From Candidatus Nanohaloarchaea archaeon (lineage in GTDB: Archaea; Nanohalarchaeota; Nanosalinia; Nanosalinales; Nanosalinaceae), in contig JACOQA010000003.1 in assembly GCA_014297435.1 (NCBI GenBank), positions 128,001 to 192,000 on the forward strand: 64,000 nucleotides of DNA, read 5' to 3'. The notes under the pieces are model-generated. The model was given only the letters and a program-made list of their open reading frames with translations. It had not been told where the DNA came from and searched no databases. Both the position numbers and the translations under genes were made by a program. Positions 1 to 9,020 of this stretch are shown in pieces (positions within the stretch are counted from its first letter, which is position 1; every line of letters begins with the position of its first letter).

Positions 1-1
1 C

Positions 2-307
2 ACTTTCACAATCAACGAAATGACAGACACGGAAACAGGCGAAACTGTGAACAGTACAGGCGTACAAAGCACAAAGTTAGTGACGACAAACACGACCAAG
101 CTTGAAGAACAGCTTTCAGAACTACGAGAGGACATGAAAGACCTTCAAGGCGGCGGAATCACCCCAGTTGTCGATGGATTCACGGACTGGGTTTCTGGCG
201 TGTTCGGAAGCCTAAAGAAAGGAATTGGAGCATTAGTTATCGTCCTTGCCGGTCTAGCGGCTTTAAGCTCCGGCGTTGGAAGAAACTCGGGAGGAGGCGA
301 TAACTAG
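2..307 (+). CDS. Pleolipovirus spike/fusion protein (VP4/VP5-like), C-terminal part, 5' truncated by window
   Basis: Open from base 2: FTINEMTDTETGE..T...T+coiled coil (LEEQLSELREDMKDL)+GGG+C-terminal TM helix, the typical pleolipoviral spike C-terminus. Confidence 0.75.
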   Translation, partial: TFTINEMTDTETGETVNSTGVQSTKLVTTNTTKLEEQLSELREDMKDLQGGGITPVVDGFTDWVSGVFGSLKKGIGALVIVLAGLAALSSGVGRNSGGGDN

Positions 308-309
308 AA

Positions 310-825
310 ATGAAGGTGAAAAAACCCGCCTTCATGCTTCTCTTCTTTATTGCTCTTATATCTGGAGGACTAGCCCAGTCTTCAAACTCCTCTTCTTCTT
401 TTGAAGACTCTTCAATTATCAGTATTGATGAAACAACAAAGATTGTAAACACGACATGGGGTTCTAACGGAGTTAAAATTGTTTTCGATTCCGAAATACC
501 TAAACTAATCAGTATTACAGATGTTAATAGTATTTCAAGTACTGGAGCGTCGACAGTAAACTTTAAGCGTACTAGATTATCGCCCGGAATGACTACAGTA
601 CGGATGGATTTAACTATGAAAAGAGGTGACATGAAGGCTATAATAGGATCAGGTAAAACTTTTGTATCAATTTCAAATCCTTCTAAGCCGTTACTTTCCA
701 ATATAACACGATTAGACTTTTATTTGGAGGGCTTGATGGTTGCCGTCTTTACATCGCTACAAGTAGTTTGGAGGCATAAATGGTACTATTACCGGCTTAA
801 AAAGGGGCTTAACAGGGTGATTTAA
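310..825 (+). CDS. Pleolipovirus ORF6-like membrane protein
   Basis: Signal peptide, beta-rich core, C-terminal TM with basic tail; directly after spike. Confidence 0.65.
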   Translation: MKVKKPAFMLLFFIALISGGLAQSSNSSSSFEDSSIISIDETTKIVNTTWGSNGVKIVFDSEIPKLISITDVNSISSTGASTVNFKRTRLSPGMTTVRMDLTMKRGDMKAIIGSGKTFVSISNPSKPLLSNITRLDFYLEGLMVAVFTSLQVVWRHKWYYYRLKKGLNRVI

Positions 826-830
826 CTAAA

Positions 831-1664
831 ATGGTTTCAATAACTCCAAGCAAAACAGTTAAGCGTAAAAACCCGGACAATAACCGTGAAAAAGTTCATA
901 AATTTGTTATGGAACATCGAGCGGTTTCCGGGTTTACTATAGCCGGGGTTGTAGCTCTGTTTTTCTTTAAAATAATTCCCTTGCCGTTTATCGGCTTGAT
1001 ACCATCAGGAATTTATAAGATCGGCGTTATGGCAGTAATTGCAAACGTATTAGCTTTTTATCCGTCTAAAAAGATTTTTCAATTCATGAAAACCGACCCA
1101 GTAGACTGGATATTGGAGTTATATATCAATCCGGAGAATGAGAAAACTATAAAGGGTTACACATACTTTAAAGGACGATTTGAGGAAGAATACACTTTTA
1201 AGGAAGGAAGCCCAATTAAAGAGACTAGTAAAAGAGGTAAAGATGTTTATATAGTGAATAATATTGATAAGGAAAATAAAGAGGTTGTAGCTCCAGAACT
1301 TGGAGAATACAACGACATAGAATTTTTATCCAAAGTCGAAACGATTGAAGCCAACCGCTTGAGAAATAGAAAATTAGCAAAAGCCGGAGGAAAGGCTTTA
1401 AGGCGTTTAAGAACCATAGCCGACCGAATGAAAGCCAAGCATTACAATAGAAACCAAAAAAAGGATATAGAAATGGTCGAAGCTGATCCAGAAATGATTC
1501 TGGATGAGGTCGAAGCTGAAATTCCCGAGCTTCTCGGGGATTCGGACGAGGACGAGGACGACACAAGTATTCAAAAAATTTTAAGAGAAGTTGAGAGTCC
1601 ACAAGATGAGTATAACGCCAGTTTAGAGTTCTCGACTGGCTCCGGTGGTGAATCTGATGAGTGA
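831..1664 (+). CDS. Pleolipovirus ORF7-like membrane protein
   Basis: Two N-terminal TM helices, acidic C-terminus, located before the NTPase. Confidence 0.65.
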   Translation: MVSITPSKTVKRKNPDNNREKVHKFVMEHRAVSGFTIAGVVALFFFKIIPLPFIGLIPSGIYKIGVMAVIANVLAFYPSKKIFQFMKTDPVDWILELYINPENEKTIKGYTYFKGRFEEEYTFKEGSPIKETSKRGKDVYIVNNIDKENKEVVAPELGEYNDIEFLSKVETIEANRLRNRKLAKAGGKALRRLRTIADRMKAKHYNRNQKKDIEMVEADPEMILDEVEAEIPELLGDSDEDEDDTSIQKILREVESPQDEYNASLEFSTGSGGESDE

Positions 1665-2736
1665 CGTGCTTAGTGGGGATAAGTTGGAAGAACATAAAGT
1701 CTTGATTTCACGGATTCTGCGAGAGGTTCTTAAATCCGACAATAACGACTTGTACGCCTATGAGAATGCCGGGCTTCTAGATCCTGAAGCTCTTGAATAT
1801 CTTTCAAAGTTTGAAAGGTACAACGATTCGGATTATACCAAAGACGAGCGTTACCGTACAGTATTAAAGAGAAACACAAGTAAAAACATTAATGAGGCGA
1901 TTCGAGAGGGCGACATCCATCGCATGGCTCATGCGATTGGGTTAAGCACGGGAGACAAGAAAACGGATTACAGAAAAATTGAGGATGACTTTAAACCGTT
2001 TATAGCCCAAGAAGGTAAAATATACTATATCTCCGGCAACCCTAACAGCGGTAAAACCAATCTCGCGTTGTTTATGGCTGAGTTATGGCGTGAAGAGGTT
2101 GGTGGCGATGTCGCAAGTAATATTTCAAGTGTTAAGGCGTTTAGAACTGTGGAAAGCTTTAAAGAACTTAAAAGCTTCTTTGAAGAACCCGGCGAGAAAT
2201 TCTTTATTGCGGATGACTTTTCAAACCATGCCTCCGGTTATTCTGGCGATAGACAAAAATTTGAACAAAAAATTCGGAAGACGACAAACTTCATAGCCAA
2301 ATACAAGGCTTCTCTAGCCTTCATCGGTCATACAGGAATGGATTTACATGCGGATGCTCGGAGAAAAGCCAGATTTTTGGATAAAAAGAATAAAACGCAT
2401 GTAGATGTATTTAAAGGCGTTAAGAACGGTCAAGGCACGAATAAGAAAATGACCCTTGAATCAATTCCAGAGACTAAACATGGTTATGACCCATATGAGA
2501 AGACTAAATGGGATTGGAACATCGAAGAGGATGGCACGGACGAGAAAGAGATAAGAAAAGAGATTAACGAACGAATCAAAAAACTAGCTCTTCAGAAAAA
2601 CACGATTAAGAGAAGTGACGACCTTGGCGAGTATAAAACACGTTTGGCAAAGCTTGAGATGCGGGATTTTGCCGAAGACTCAAGCGACTGGCGTTTTAAA
2701 ACAAGCCCTCAAAGACTCGAAAAACGCCGTATATAA
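1657..2736 (+). CDS. Viral P-loop NTPase (pleolipovirus ORF8-like)
   Basis: Walker A GNPNSGKT, Walker B FIADD; ATG at 1657 preferred. Confidence 0.85.
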   Translation: MSDVLSGDKLEEHKVLISRILREVLKSDNNDLYAYENAGLLDPEALEYLSKFERYNDSDYTKDERYRTVLKRNTSKNINEAIREGDIHRMAHAIGLSTGDKKTDYRKIEDDFKPFIAQEGKIYYISGNPNSGKTNLALFMAELWREEVGGDVASNISSVKAFRTVESFKELKSFFEEPGEKFFIADDFSNHASGYSGDRQKFEQKIRKTTNFIAKYKASLAFIGHTGMDLHADARRKARFLDKKNKTHVDVFKGVKNGQGTNKKMTLESIPETKHGYDPYEKTKWDWNIEEDGTDEKEIRKEINERIKKLALQKNTIKRSDDLGEYKTRLAKLEMRDFAEDSSDWRFKTSPQRLEKRRI

Positions 2737-3208
2737 TAAAGGACATATATCTTCGAGCAGATTCTTTATAAAGAATAAGATCTAGATCCTGCCGATAGGT
2801 TTTATACATCCTTTATTCTAGAGTTTTCAGATATCGCAAGATATAACGGCTTTTTCAAAATTTCATAGATGACTCACTCGAACCGGTCAAATCGGCATTT
2901 TTCAGGCTTTGACTATACGTTTTATAGGCATCTCACAAAGGCAAATGTGAAAGTTGGTACATCTCTGGCGTTTAACCATGCCCAATCTAAAAAATGATTT
3001 GTAAGGTCTATATATCGGACATAGAAGCTCCGAGATTCGAGATATAGATTAGAAGATTCAAATTCTTTGAACTTCCCGCAATATCTCATACCAGGAGGGT
3101 TAATCAGGGTCAAAAAATTGAGTATATCAGGATTCCCCGAATGAGCAAAGCAATTATGTCCGAAAGCTGTTTAAATATCCGTGAATATTTCGGTTCAGGG
3201 CGATAACT

Positions 3209-3436
3209 GTGGGAAAAAGGGTTGATATTCCGGTCAAGGACATAGAAGAAGAGTTTAAAAACGTCAGAGAGTTTATTGAAACCGAATACCCGGGTCGTGA
3301 AAGCTATGGAAAGCGTTTTATAGGTAAGAAAGCTTTTAGCATCGCATCAAAGCAGGTTGACGACTGGAAACATGAAACAAAAGACATAAAGGACGACTGG
3401 CATAGCTTAAAGAAAGAAATAGAAGATACAATTTAA
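3209..3436 (+). CDS. Small viral protein, possible regulator
   Basis: 75 aa ORF with upstream TTTAAATA box, convergent with integrase. Confidence 0.55.
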   Translation: MGKRVDIPVKDIEEEFKNVREFIETEYPGRESYGKRFIGKKAFSIASKQVDDWKHETKDIKDDWHSLKKEIEDTI

Positions 3437-4407
3437 GCTTTTATTTCTTCTTCTTGAGACCATAGCTTATTCATAGCCTCGTCTAAATCGCTATTAGCCA
3501 TTCTGATGTATTTACGGGCATGTTTAGACCCCTGAACCCAACCAAAAAATTGGCAAATTTGAGGTTGATTAAGACCCTTTTTAGCTAAATATGTCGCTCG
3601 TCCTTTCCTAAAAGCATGGAAGTTTGTTTTACATTCAATACCGCCAGACCGGTCTAAAATATCTTCCATTTGGTTTCTCATACCTTGATAGGTTATAATA
3701 TCATTCTTATTTAGTTTAGTAAAAATATAACTGTCTCTGGACGCGTTAGGATGTTCTTTTTGCCATTTCTTTAGATGCTTGACCGATTCTTTAACAGGAA
3801 CTTTTCTCTTAATTGTTTTTGAGTTAGTAAAGCGGATTTTATGACCTTTTTCAACACTTTGGAGGTCTTTCCATTTAATATGAAGAACCTCAGAGATTCT
3901 ACCCCCAGTTTCCCACAAAACAGAGATAAACGCTTTATCCCTAGGATTAACAGCGTGTTCTTGTAGCTTCTTTACTTGCTCAGGGCATGGTAATTCGTCT
4001 GGATCGGTAAAGGATTGCTCATTTTTCTTTACCATGACTGTAACAAAATCTGTTATCTCAGGGTTTTGTGTGCCTTTATGCCAACTATAGAACTTTTTAA
4101 TTGCTTTTTTATACTCTGCTAGGGTGTGAGGCGAGTAATCCTTTTTATTTATTCTATCTTGGTTGATCTTGCCAACTAAACTTATTATATCCGATCTCTC
4201 AGCTTCTTTAAGTTCAAAGTCTACAATACTCTCCAACGTGTTGAAAGTGGTCATATAACGGCAAATTCTGGATGTACTGAGCCCCTGAGCCATTAAATAG
4301 TCTTTAAAATCCAATATCGCTTCTTTATTAGACCTAGAGTAATTTCCATCTTTGATATTTTGTACCTGACCATTTAGGTCGGAATTTCGATTGTATATTT
4401 CGGACAT
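3433..4407 (-). CDS. Tyrosine recombinase/integrase
   Basis: WETGGRISE, K, HAFR, GW, Y catalytic motifs. Confidence 0.95.
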   Translation of the reverse strand: MSEIYNRNSDLNGQVQNIKDGNYSRSNKEAILDFKDYLMAQGLSTSRICRYMTTFNTLESIVDFELKEAERSDIISLVGKINQDRINKKDYSPHTLAEYKKAIKKFYSWHKGTQNPEITDFVTVMVKKNEQSFTDPDELPCPEQVKKLQEHAVNPRDKAFISVLWETGGRISEVLHIKWKDLQSVEKGHKIRFTNSKTIKRKVPVKESVKHLKKWQKEHPNASRDSYIFTKLNKNDIITYQGMRNQMEDILDRSGGIECKTNFHAFRKGRATYLAKKGLNQPQICQFFGWVQGSKHARKYIRMANSDLDEAMNKLWSQEEEIKA

Positions 4408-4704
4408 ATGTATACCATACCCGATATATTAACTTTTTTATAACCTTTGTTACCTTTAGGTAAAAACACTTATTTCGTCAATAACGGCGTTATACTACGG
4501 TTGTAATATAAAAATCAGGTCAAAAAGTATGTATAGGAGAAAAATGCCTAGGCGGTGTTGTCGCACCCCTAGGCGGCTATTATGGCGTATATGGTGAATA
4601 ACCTATGAATGGATATACAACTCAAAACTTAAAAAACCGACAGGGTTTAACGCCCAGCCTCGGCGTCCCTCCTAGGATTTTCAACAAGAAGCTTAAATTG
4701 AAAC

Positions 4705-5040
4705 CTAATCAGCCAGATATCTATCTAGTTCTGATAATGTAGTCTCAGCAAATTCGACAGCTGCCACACGGTCATTTTCTGTGCTCATAACGGTCATACA
4801 TGGCTCACCAAAACAGTTGATTATAGCAGGCAAATCATTATTCTCTGCAAAATGTTCAAGCTCTCCGACAATAAGATTCCTGGATTCAGGAAAACTTTAC
4901 TCTATAGATTGATGCTCTTCAAAACTACTACCATAGTTCGTGAAGACCTTTAATTCAACATATTCTCCTGAGTTATCAAGCCACGTATCGCTCTCGTAGT
5001 GAGCTACTTTTTCACGTCCATACTCTAAACCCACAACCAC
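4705..5040 (-). pseudogene. Acidic hypothetical gene with one in-frame TAA
   Basis: GTG at 5040, 112 codons open except TAA at 4899-4897; acidic halophile-like composition on both sides of the stop. Confidence 0.6.
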
Positions 5041-5067
5041 ATATTAACAGCTAAAGTATAAACCGTT

Positions 5068-5286
5068 ATGGCAGGATCACCGCCTTCAAAGATAGAACTG
5101 GAGGAAGCGAAAGTCTACATACACAAGAAGGATGAGAGCTCAGGATCTCAGAACATCCACATAGATGTAGAGTACCCTAAGTTGAACGAGATTATAGAGT
5201 CGGGAGAAAATACGTTTGTAGGCGGAAAGAACGGAGGAGTCTTTATTGTTTTGAAAGATGAAATGATCGAGAGAGCTAGAATTTAG
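5068..5286 (+). CDS. Small hypothetical protein
   Basis: 72 aa ORF, ATG, coding-like composition. Confidence 0.7.
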   Translation: MAGSPPSKIELEEAKVYIHKKDESSGSQNIHIDVEYPKLNEIIESGENTFVGGKNGGVFIVLKDEMIERARI

Positions 5287-5299
5287 TCGAGAAAAGAGA

Positions 5300-5611
5300 T
5301 CAGAAACCGTCCAGAGCTTCAAGAAGGTTTTCCGCGACCTTGACTGCTTCAAACTCTTCTTCTATCTCAAGAACCGTGTAAGCTTTCTCTTCTTCCTGGT
5401 AGAATTCAGCGACTTCCTGTCTTTCAATTGCTTCGGAAGCATCTTCCTCAAAACCGTATCTAAGTATATGGAAAGAATCCTCCATATCGATGTAGAAGAG
5501 GCTTACCTCGGTTTCACCGAACTTCTCCGTTTCAACCTTCTTATCGTGGTAAGACGGGATAGATTCATCCAATTCAACAATCTTGTAAATGTCTTCAGAT
5601 TCTACCGACAC
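5300..5611 (-). CDS. Hypothetical acidic protein
   Basis: 103 aa, Glu-rich. Confidence 0.7.
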   Translation of the reverse strand: MSVESEDIYKIVELDESIPSYHDKKVETEKFGETEVSLFYIDMEDSFHILRYGFEEDASEAIERQEVAEFYQEEEKAYTVLEIEEEFEAVKVAENLLEALDGF

Positions 5612-5663
5612 ACGAAAATTCCTATAGGTTAAGTGTTAAAACTGCTTTCGGTAAAAAATCTTT

Positions 5664-6245
5664 ATGGAGAGCTTTATCGACGAGTTCAAGGACGATAGAG
5701 AGAAAAACTCGGACATTATCATAGCGATCGATGGAATGGCCGCAGCAGGGAAAGGAACTGTCGCCAGATTTATCGCTGACAAACTTAATATTGAACATTT
5801 TTCGGCGAGCGATGTATTCTACCAGGTTGCCGATGAGAGAAACCTTGAGGATCATGAGCTTTCCGAAGAGGCCGAAAAAGAACTAGACCTTGAAATAGAT
5901 AGAAGAACTCTTGAACGGGCTTTGGAACAGGATTGTATTGTCGAAGGTCGGATTCCTTGTTATGCGGTCGGAAGCTTTGCAGACCTGAAGATAAAGATTA
6001 AAGCAGATCCTAGTGAAAGAGCGAGAAGGCTTGCAGGACGCGAAGATATCGAGATCGAGGAATCAGAGAAAATTGTTGAGAAACGTGACAGGGAGGACTC
6101 AAGACGTTACAAAGAATACTACGGGATCAACACTTCCGATACCGAGATATACGATATCGTTATTGACAACACCGATCTTTCCATAAACAAGCAGAACAAG
6201 TTAGTACTTGAAGAACTGGAAAAACTGTTTCCAGAAAAGGTGTAA
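5664..6245 (+). CDS. cmk: Cytidylate kinase (archaeal type)
   Basis: IAIDGMAAAGKGT P-loop, D.EIDRR, EGR, RY.EYYGI motifs. Confidence 0.9.
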   Translation: MESFIDEFKDDREKNSDIIIAIDGMAAAGKGTVARFIADKLNIEHFSASDVFYQVADERNLEDHELSEEAEKELDLEIDRRTLERALEQDCIVEGRIPCYAVGSFADLKIKIKADPSERARRLAGREDIEIEESEKIVEKRDREDSRRYKEYYGINTSDTEIYDIVIDNTDLSINKQNKLVLEELEKLFPEKV

Positions 6246-6249
6246 GCAA

Positions 6250-6669
6250 ATGGGTTACAAGATACTTGGACATACGGCAGACGAGAAGTTTCATGCAGAA
6301 GGAGAAACAGTTGAAGAAGCTTTTTCCGAATCAGTGAAGGCTGTCGCCGAAATTGTTGGAGCTGATCCTGGAGCCGGCGAAAACCATCATAATGTAGAGA
6401 TTGAGTCCGAGTCTTACGAAGCTTTATTCTTCGACTTCCTCGACAAGATAATTTTTCTACAGGATACAGAGAACCAGGTTGTCACACACGCCGAGAACCT
6501 GAAAGTTGAAAAAATCGGGAATATTTACTTGCTTGAAGCGAAGCTGAATACTGACCCTATAGTTGAAGGCTCAGGATTCCTTGATCTTAAGGCTCCGACT
6601 TACAACGAGATGAAGGTTGACTACGAAGACGGCACAGGCTGGATCTTAGAGGCAGTTCTTGATATCTAG
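6250..6669 (+). CDS. Archease (RtcB activator)
   Basis: N-terminal HTAD, KAPTY, C-terminal LDI. Confidence 0.93.
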   Translation: MGYKILGHTADEKFHAEGETVEEAFSESVKAVAEIVGADPGAGENHHNVEIESESYEALFFDFLDKIIFLQDTENQVVTHAENLKVEKIGNIYLLEAKLNTDPIVEGSGFLDLKAPTYNEMKVDYEDGTGWILEAVLDI

Positions 6670-7355
6670 ACATAGTCATTCCTGTCAATTTTATAGACGG
6701 TCTCGTTGACCTTCTTGAACTGTTCGTTATCATCTTTCTCCATCCTGCGGGAAAGATTGTTCTTTCCTCTCTTCTTCACAATCTGTTCTTCCAGATTGTC
6801 TGCAATAACGTACTCCGTTCTTTCACTAAATTCATCAAATATTTCACCAAGCTCCGCGCGGTCATGCTCTCGTTCAAGTTTCGCTACCACATACTCCAGC
6901 ACCTGATTCTCCTCTTCAATAGAGGGAAGGCTTTCTGTGTCACATTTTACGTAGTTCCAGTCAGATAGGTTAGAACCTGAAACGTCCCACTTGTTTCCAA
7001 AAGCCGAGTTCTCAACCAACGTAATATCCTTGGATACATACTCTTGTAGTTCGTTTGCTAATTCAAAGATCCTAGAAACGCTATTTTGGGGAATGCTATC
7101 TGGAATGTTGTGGCGCTCAAACTTGGAGGATTCGAACGTGCTCTTCTTATAGCACGTCTCATCGCCCTTCTGAACCAATACGTTGTTCTCGAGACCTCTA
7201 TAGATACTGTCTATATATCTTCGGAAGTCCCGGACAGCTTGATGGCTATTCCCTATAGTGCCTCGTTTTCCTCCTTCCTCATACAGCTCTATTTCGCCTT
7301 CTAAAACCAAGTTGAAGAACTCAGATATCTCATTCTCTGACTCCAGTACGCTCAT
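6666..7355 (-). CDS. Hypothetical protein, possible C-terminal winged-helix
   Basis: 229 aa acidic ORF between archease and rtcB. Confidence 0.7.
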   Translation of the reverse strand: MSVLESENEISEFFNLVLEGEIELYEEGGKRGTIGNSHQAVRDFRRYIDSIYRGLENNVLVQKGDETCYKKSTFESSKFERHNIPDSIPQNSVSRIFELANELQEYVSKDITLVENSAFGNKWDVSGSNLSDWNYVKCDTESLPSIEEENQVLEYVVAKLEREHDRAELGEIFDEFSERTEYVIADNLEEQIVKKRGKNNLSRRMEKDDNEQFKKVNETVYKIDRNDYV

Positions 7356-7433
7356 TCTCTTGTTACCTGATAGAAACTAAAGATTTTTGAGTGAGAGGTC
7401 AGGTTCTAAAGCCTTGGCTCAGAATCTTTACAC

Positions 7434-8870
7434 ATGACAGACTCTAAAGACATCGAACTAGAGAAGGTTTCAGAAAACATCTACGAGATCCCTCAAACAG
7501 AGGAGATGAACGTTCCAGCTAGAGTATACTCATCAGAGCCATTACTTGAGAAAATGAAGGGCGACGATACCTTGAACCAGGTAAAGAATATGGCGGAGCT
7601 TCCGGGGATCGAAAAATATTCTATCGTGATGCCTGATGGACATCAGGGCTATGGTTTTCCCATCGGCGGTGTAGCAGCGTTCGACAACGAAACCGGGATT
7701 ATAAGCCCTGGCGGGATCGGCTACGACATCAACTGCGGAGTGAGGGTTCTAAAAACAGATTTGAAGAGAGAAGATATTGATGGGGATGAACAGAGAATAG
7801 CTAATATTCTATACTCAAAAGTTCCTGTAGGTCTTGGAAAAGGCGGTTATATCGATACTTCTGAAGAAGATGTTGTCGAGATTCTTGAGAAAGGCTCGGA
7901 ATGGATGCTTGAAAACGGTCATGCAAAAGAATCTGATCTTGAAAGATGTGAGGAAAACGGTAGATTGCCGGGAAATCCAGAGAAAGTTCCCGACGAAGCT
8001 ATTAAGAGAGGTTTGAAACAGGTCGGTTCTCTTGGATCCGGAAACCACTTCATGGAAGTTCAAGTCGTCTCCGATATATTTGAAGAAGAGAAAGCGGAAT
8101 CTTATGGACTTGAGGAAGACCAGATCGTAGTCATGATACACTCCGGGTCGAGAGGTCTCGGACACCAGACCTGTACTAACTACCTTAGAAAGTTTGAGAA
8201 GGAGTACCCTGAAATTGTCGAAAGTATTCCCGAGAAAGAATTAATTTATGCTCCTATCGCCGATAAACTAGCTGAGGACTATCGAGATGCTATGTATGGT
8301 GCAGCGAACTATGCTTGGGCAAATAGACAAGCGATCACTCAAGGAGTAAGGGAGTGTTTCAACACCTTGTTCGATGATGTGGAGATCGAGCTTGTGTACG
8401 ATGTCTGCCACAACATAGCCAAAGAGGAAGTACATGAGGTTGATGGCGAGGAGAAGGAGTTGCTTGTTCATAGGAAAGGTGCGACACGTGCGATGCCAGC
8501 CGGAAGACCCGAGGTGCCTGATGTTTATTCAGAGGTAGGACAGCCCGTACTAATTCCGGGAAGCATGGGAACTTCTTCTTACATTCTTTCAGGCGGAGAC
8601 AAATCATCAGAACTAAGCTTTGGTTCTACAGCACACGGAGCCGGGCGTTTGAAGTCACGTACTCAGGCAAAGAAGGATTACTGGGGTGAAGACGTTCAGG
8701 CAGAACTAGAAAGAGAAGGAATTCTGGTTAAGGCCGATTCCGGTTCCACAATAGCGGAAGAGGCTCCAGGCGTCTATAAGGACGTGGATGAGGTAATACA
8801 GGTTTCAGATAAACTAGAAATTGGGCAAAAAGTGGCGAGAATGAGACCTTTAGTAAATATTAAGGGATAG
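7434..8870 (+). CDS. rtcB: tRNA-splicing RNA ligase RtcB
   Basis: MPDGHQGYGFPIGG, DINCG, GSGNHF, HSGSRG, HRKGAT, HGAGR motifs. Confidence 0.98.
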   Translation: MTDSKDIELEKVSENIYEIPQTEEMNVPARVYSSEPLLEKMKGDDTLNQVKNMAELPGIEKYSIVMPDGHQGYGFPIGGVAAFDNETGIISPGGIGYDINCGVRVLKTDLKREDIDGDEQRIANILYSKVPVGLGKGGYIDTSEEDVVEILEKGSEWMLENGHAKESDLERCEENGRLPGNPEKVPDEAIKRGLKQVGSLGSGNHFMEVQVVSDIFEEEKAESYGLEEDQIVVMIHSGSRGLGHQTCTNYLRKFEKEYPEIVESIPEKELIYAPIADKLAEDYRDAMYGAANYAWANRQAITQGVRECFNTLFDDVEIELVYDVCHNIAKEEVHEVDGEEKELLVHRKGATRAMPAGRPEVPDVYSEVGQPVLIPGSMGTSSYILSGGDKSSELSFGSTAHGAGRLKSRTQAKKDYWGEDVQAELEREGILVKADSGSTIAEEAPGVYKDVDEVIQVSDKLEIGQKVARMRPLVNIKG

Positions 8871-8954
8871 AGAGCCCTTAACCACTAAATTCCATATTCT
8901 GTTCTTCTGACAGCCACACCCTATTTATAAAACTTGGTTGGGATTCATTCTTTA

Positions 8955-8996
8955 CCCTTCAGCATTTTTGAAGGGACAAGCCTCAAGCTTTGAGGC
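8955..8996 (+). promoter_or_regulatory. Twin-hairpin 5' leader of the L3 operon
   Basis: CCCTTCA/TGAAGGG and GCCTCAA/TTGAGGC stems downstream of TTTATAAA (~8924). Confidence 0.5.
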
Positions 8997-9020
8997 CTAT
9001 GGAAACAAGGTGTAGAACAA

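Larger units (their letters stand above)
1..4600. mobile_element. Right part of a pleolipovirus-like provirus
   Basis: Conserved pleolipovirus gene order (spike - ORF6-like - ORF7-like - NTPase) followed by a tyrosine integrase; visibly more AT-rich than the flanking host genes; right boundary approximate, no att repeat visible in window. Confidence 0.8.

Noticed and set aside
2922-3113. 63-aa minus-strand ORF in the provirus gap
   Set aside because: TTG start, atypical composition, no motif
4545-4680. tRNA gene or self-cleaving ribozyme at the provirus end
   Set aside because: No T-loop or cloverleaf; resemblance to the pistol ribozyme or SRP Alu domain is too weak to call
4897-4899. Stop-codon recoding
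   Set aside because: TAA ends many genuine genes in this window; a single case
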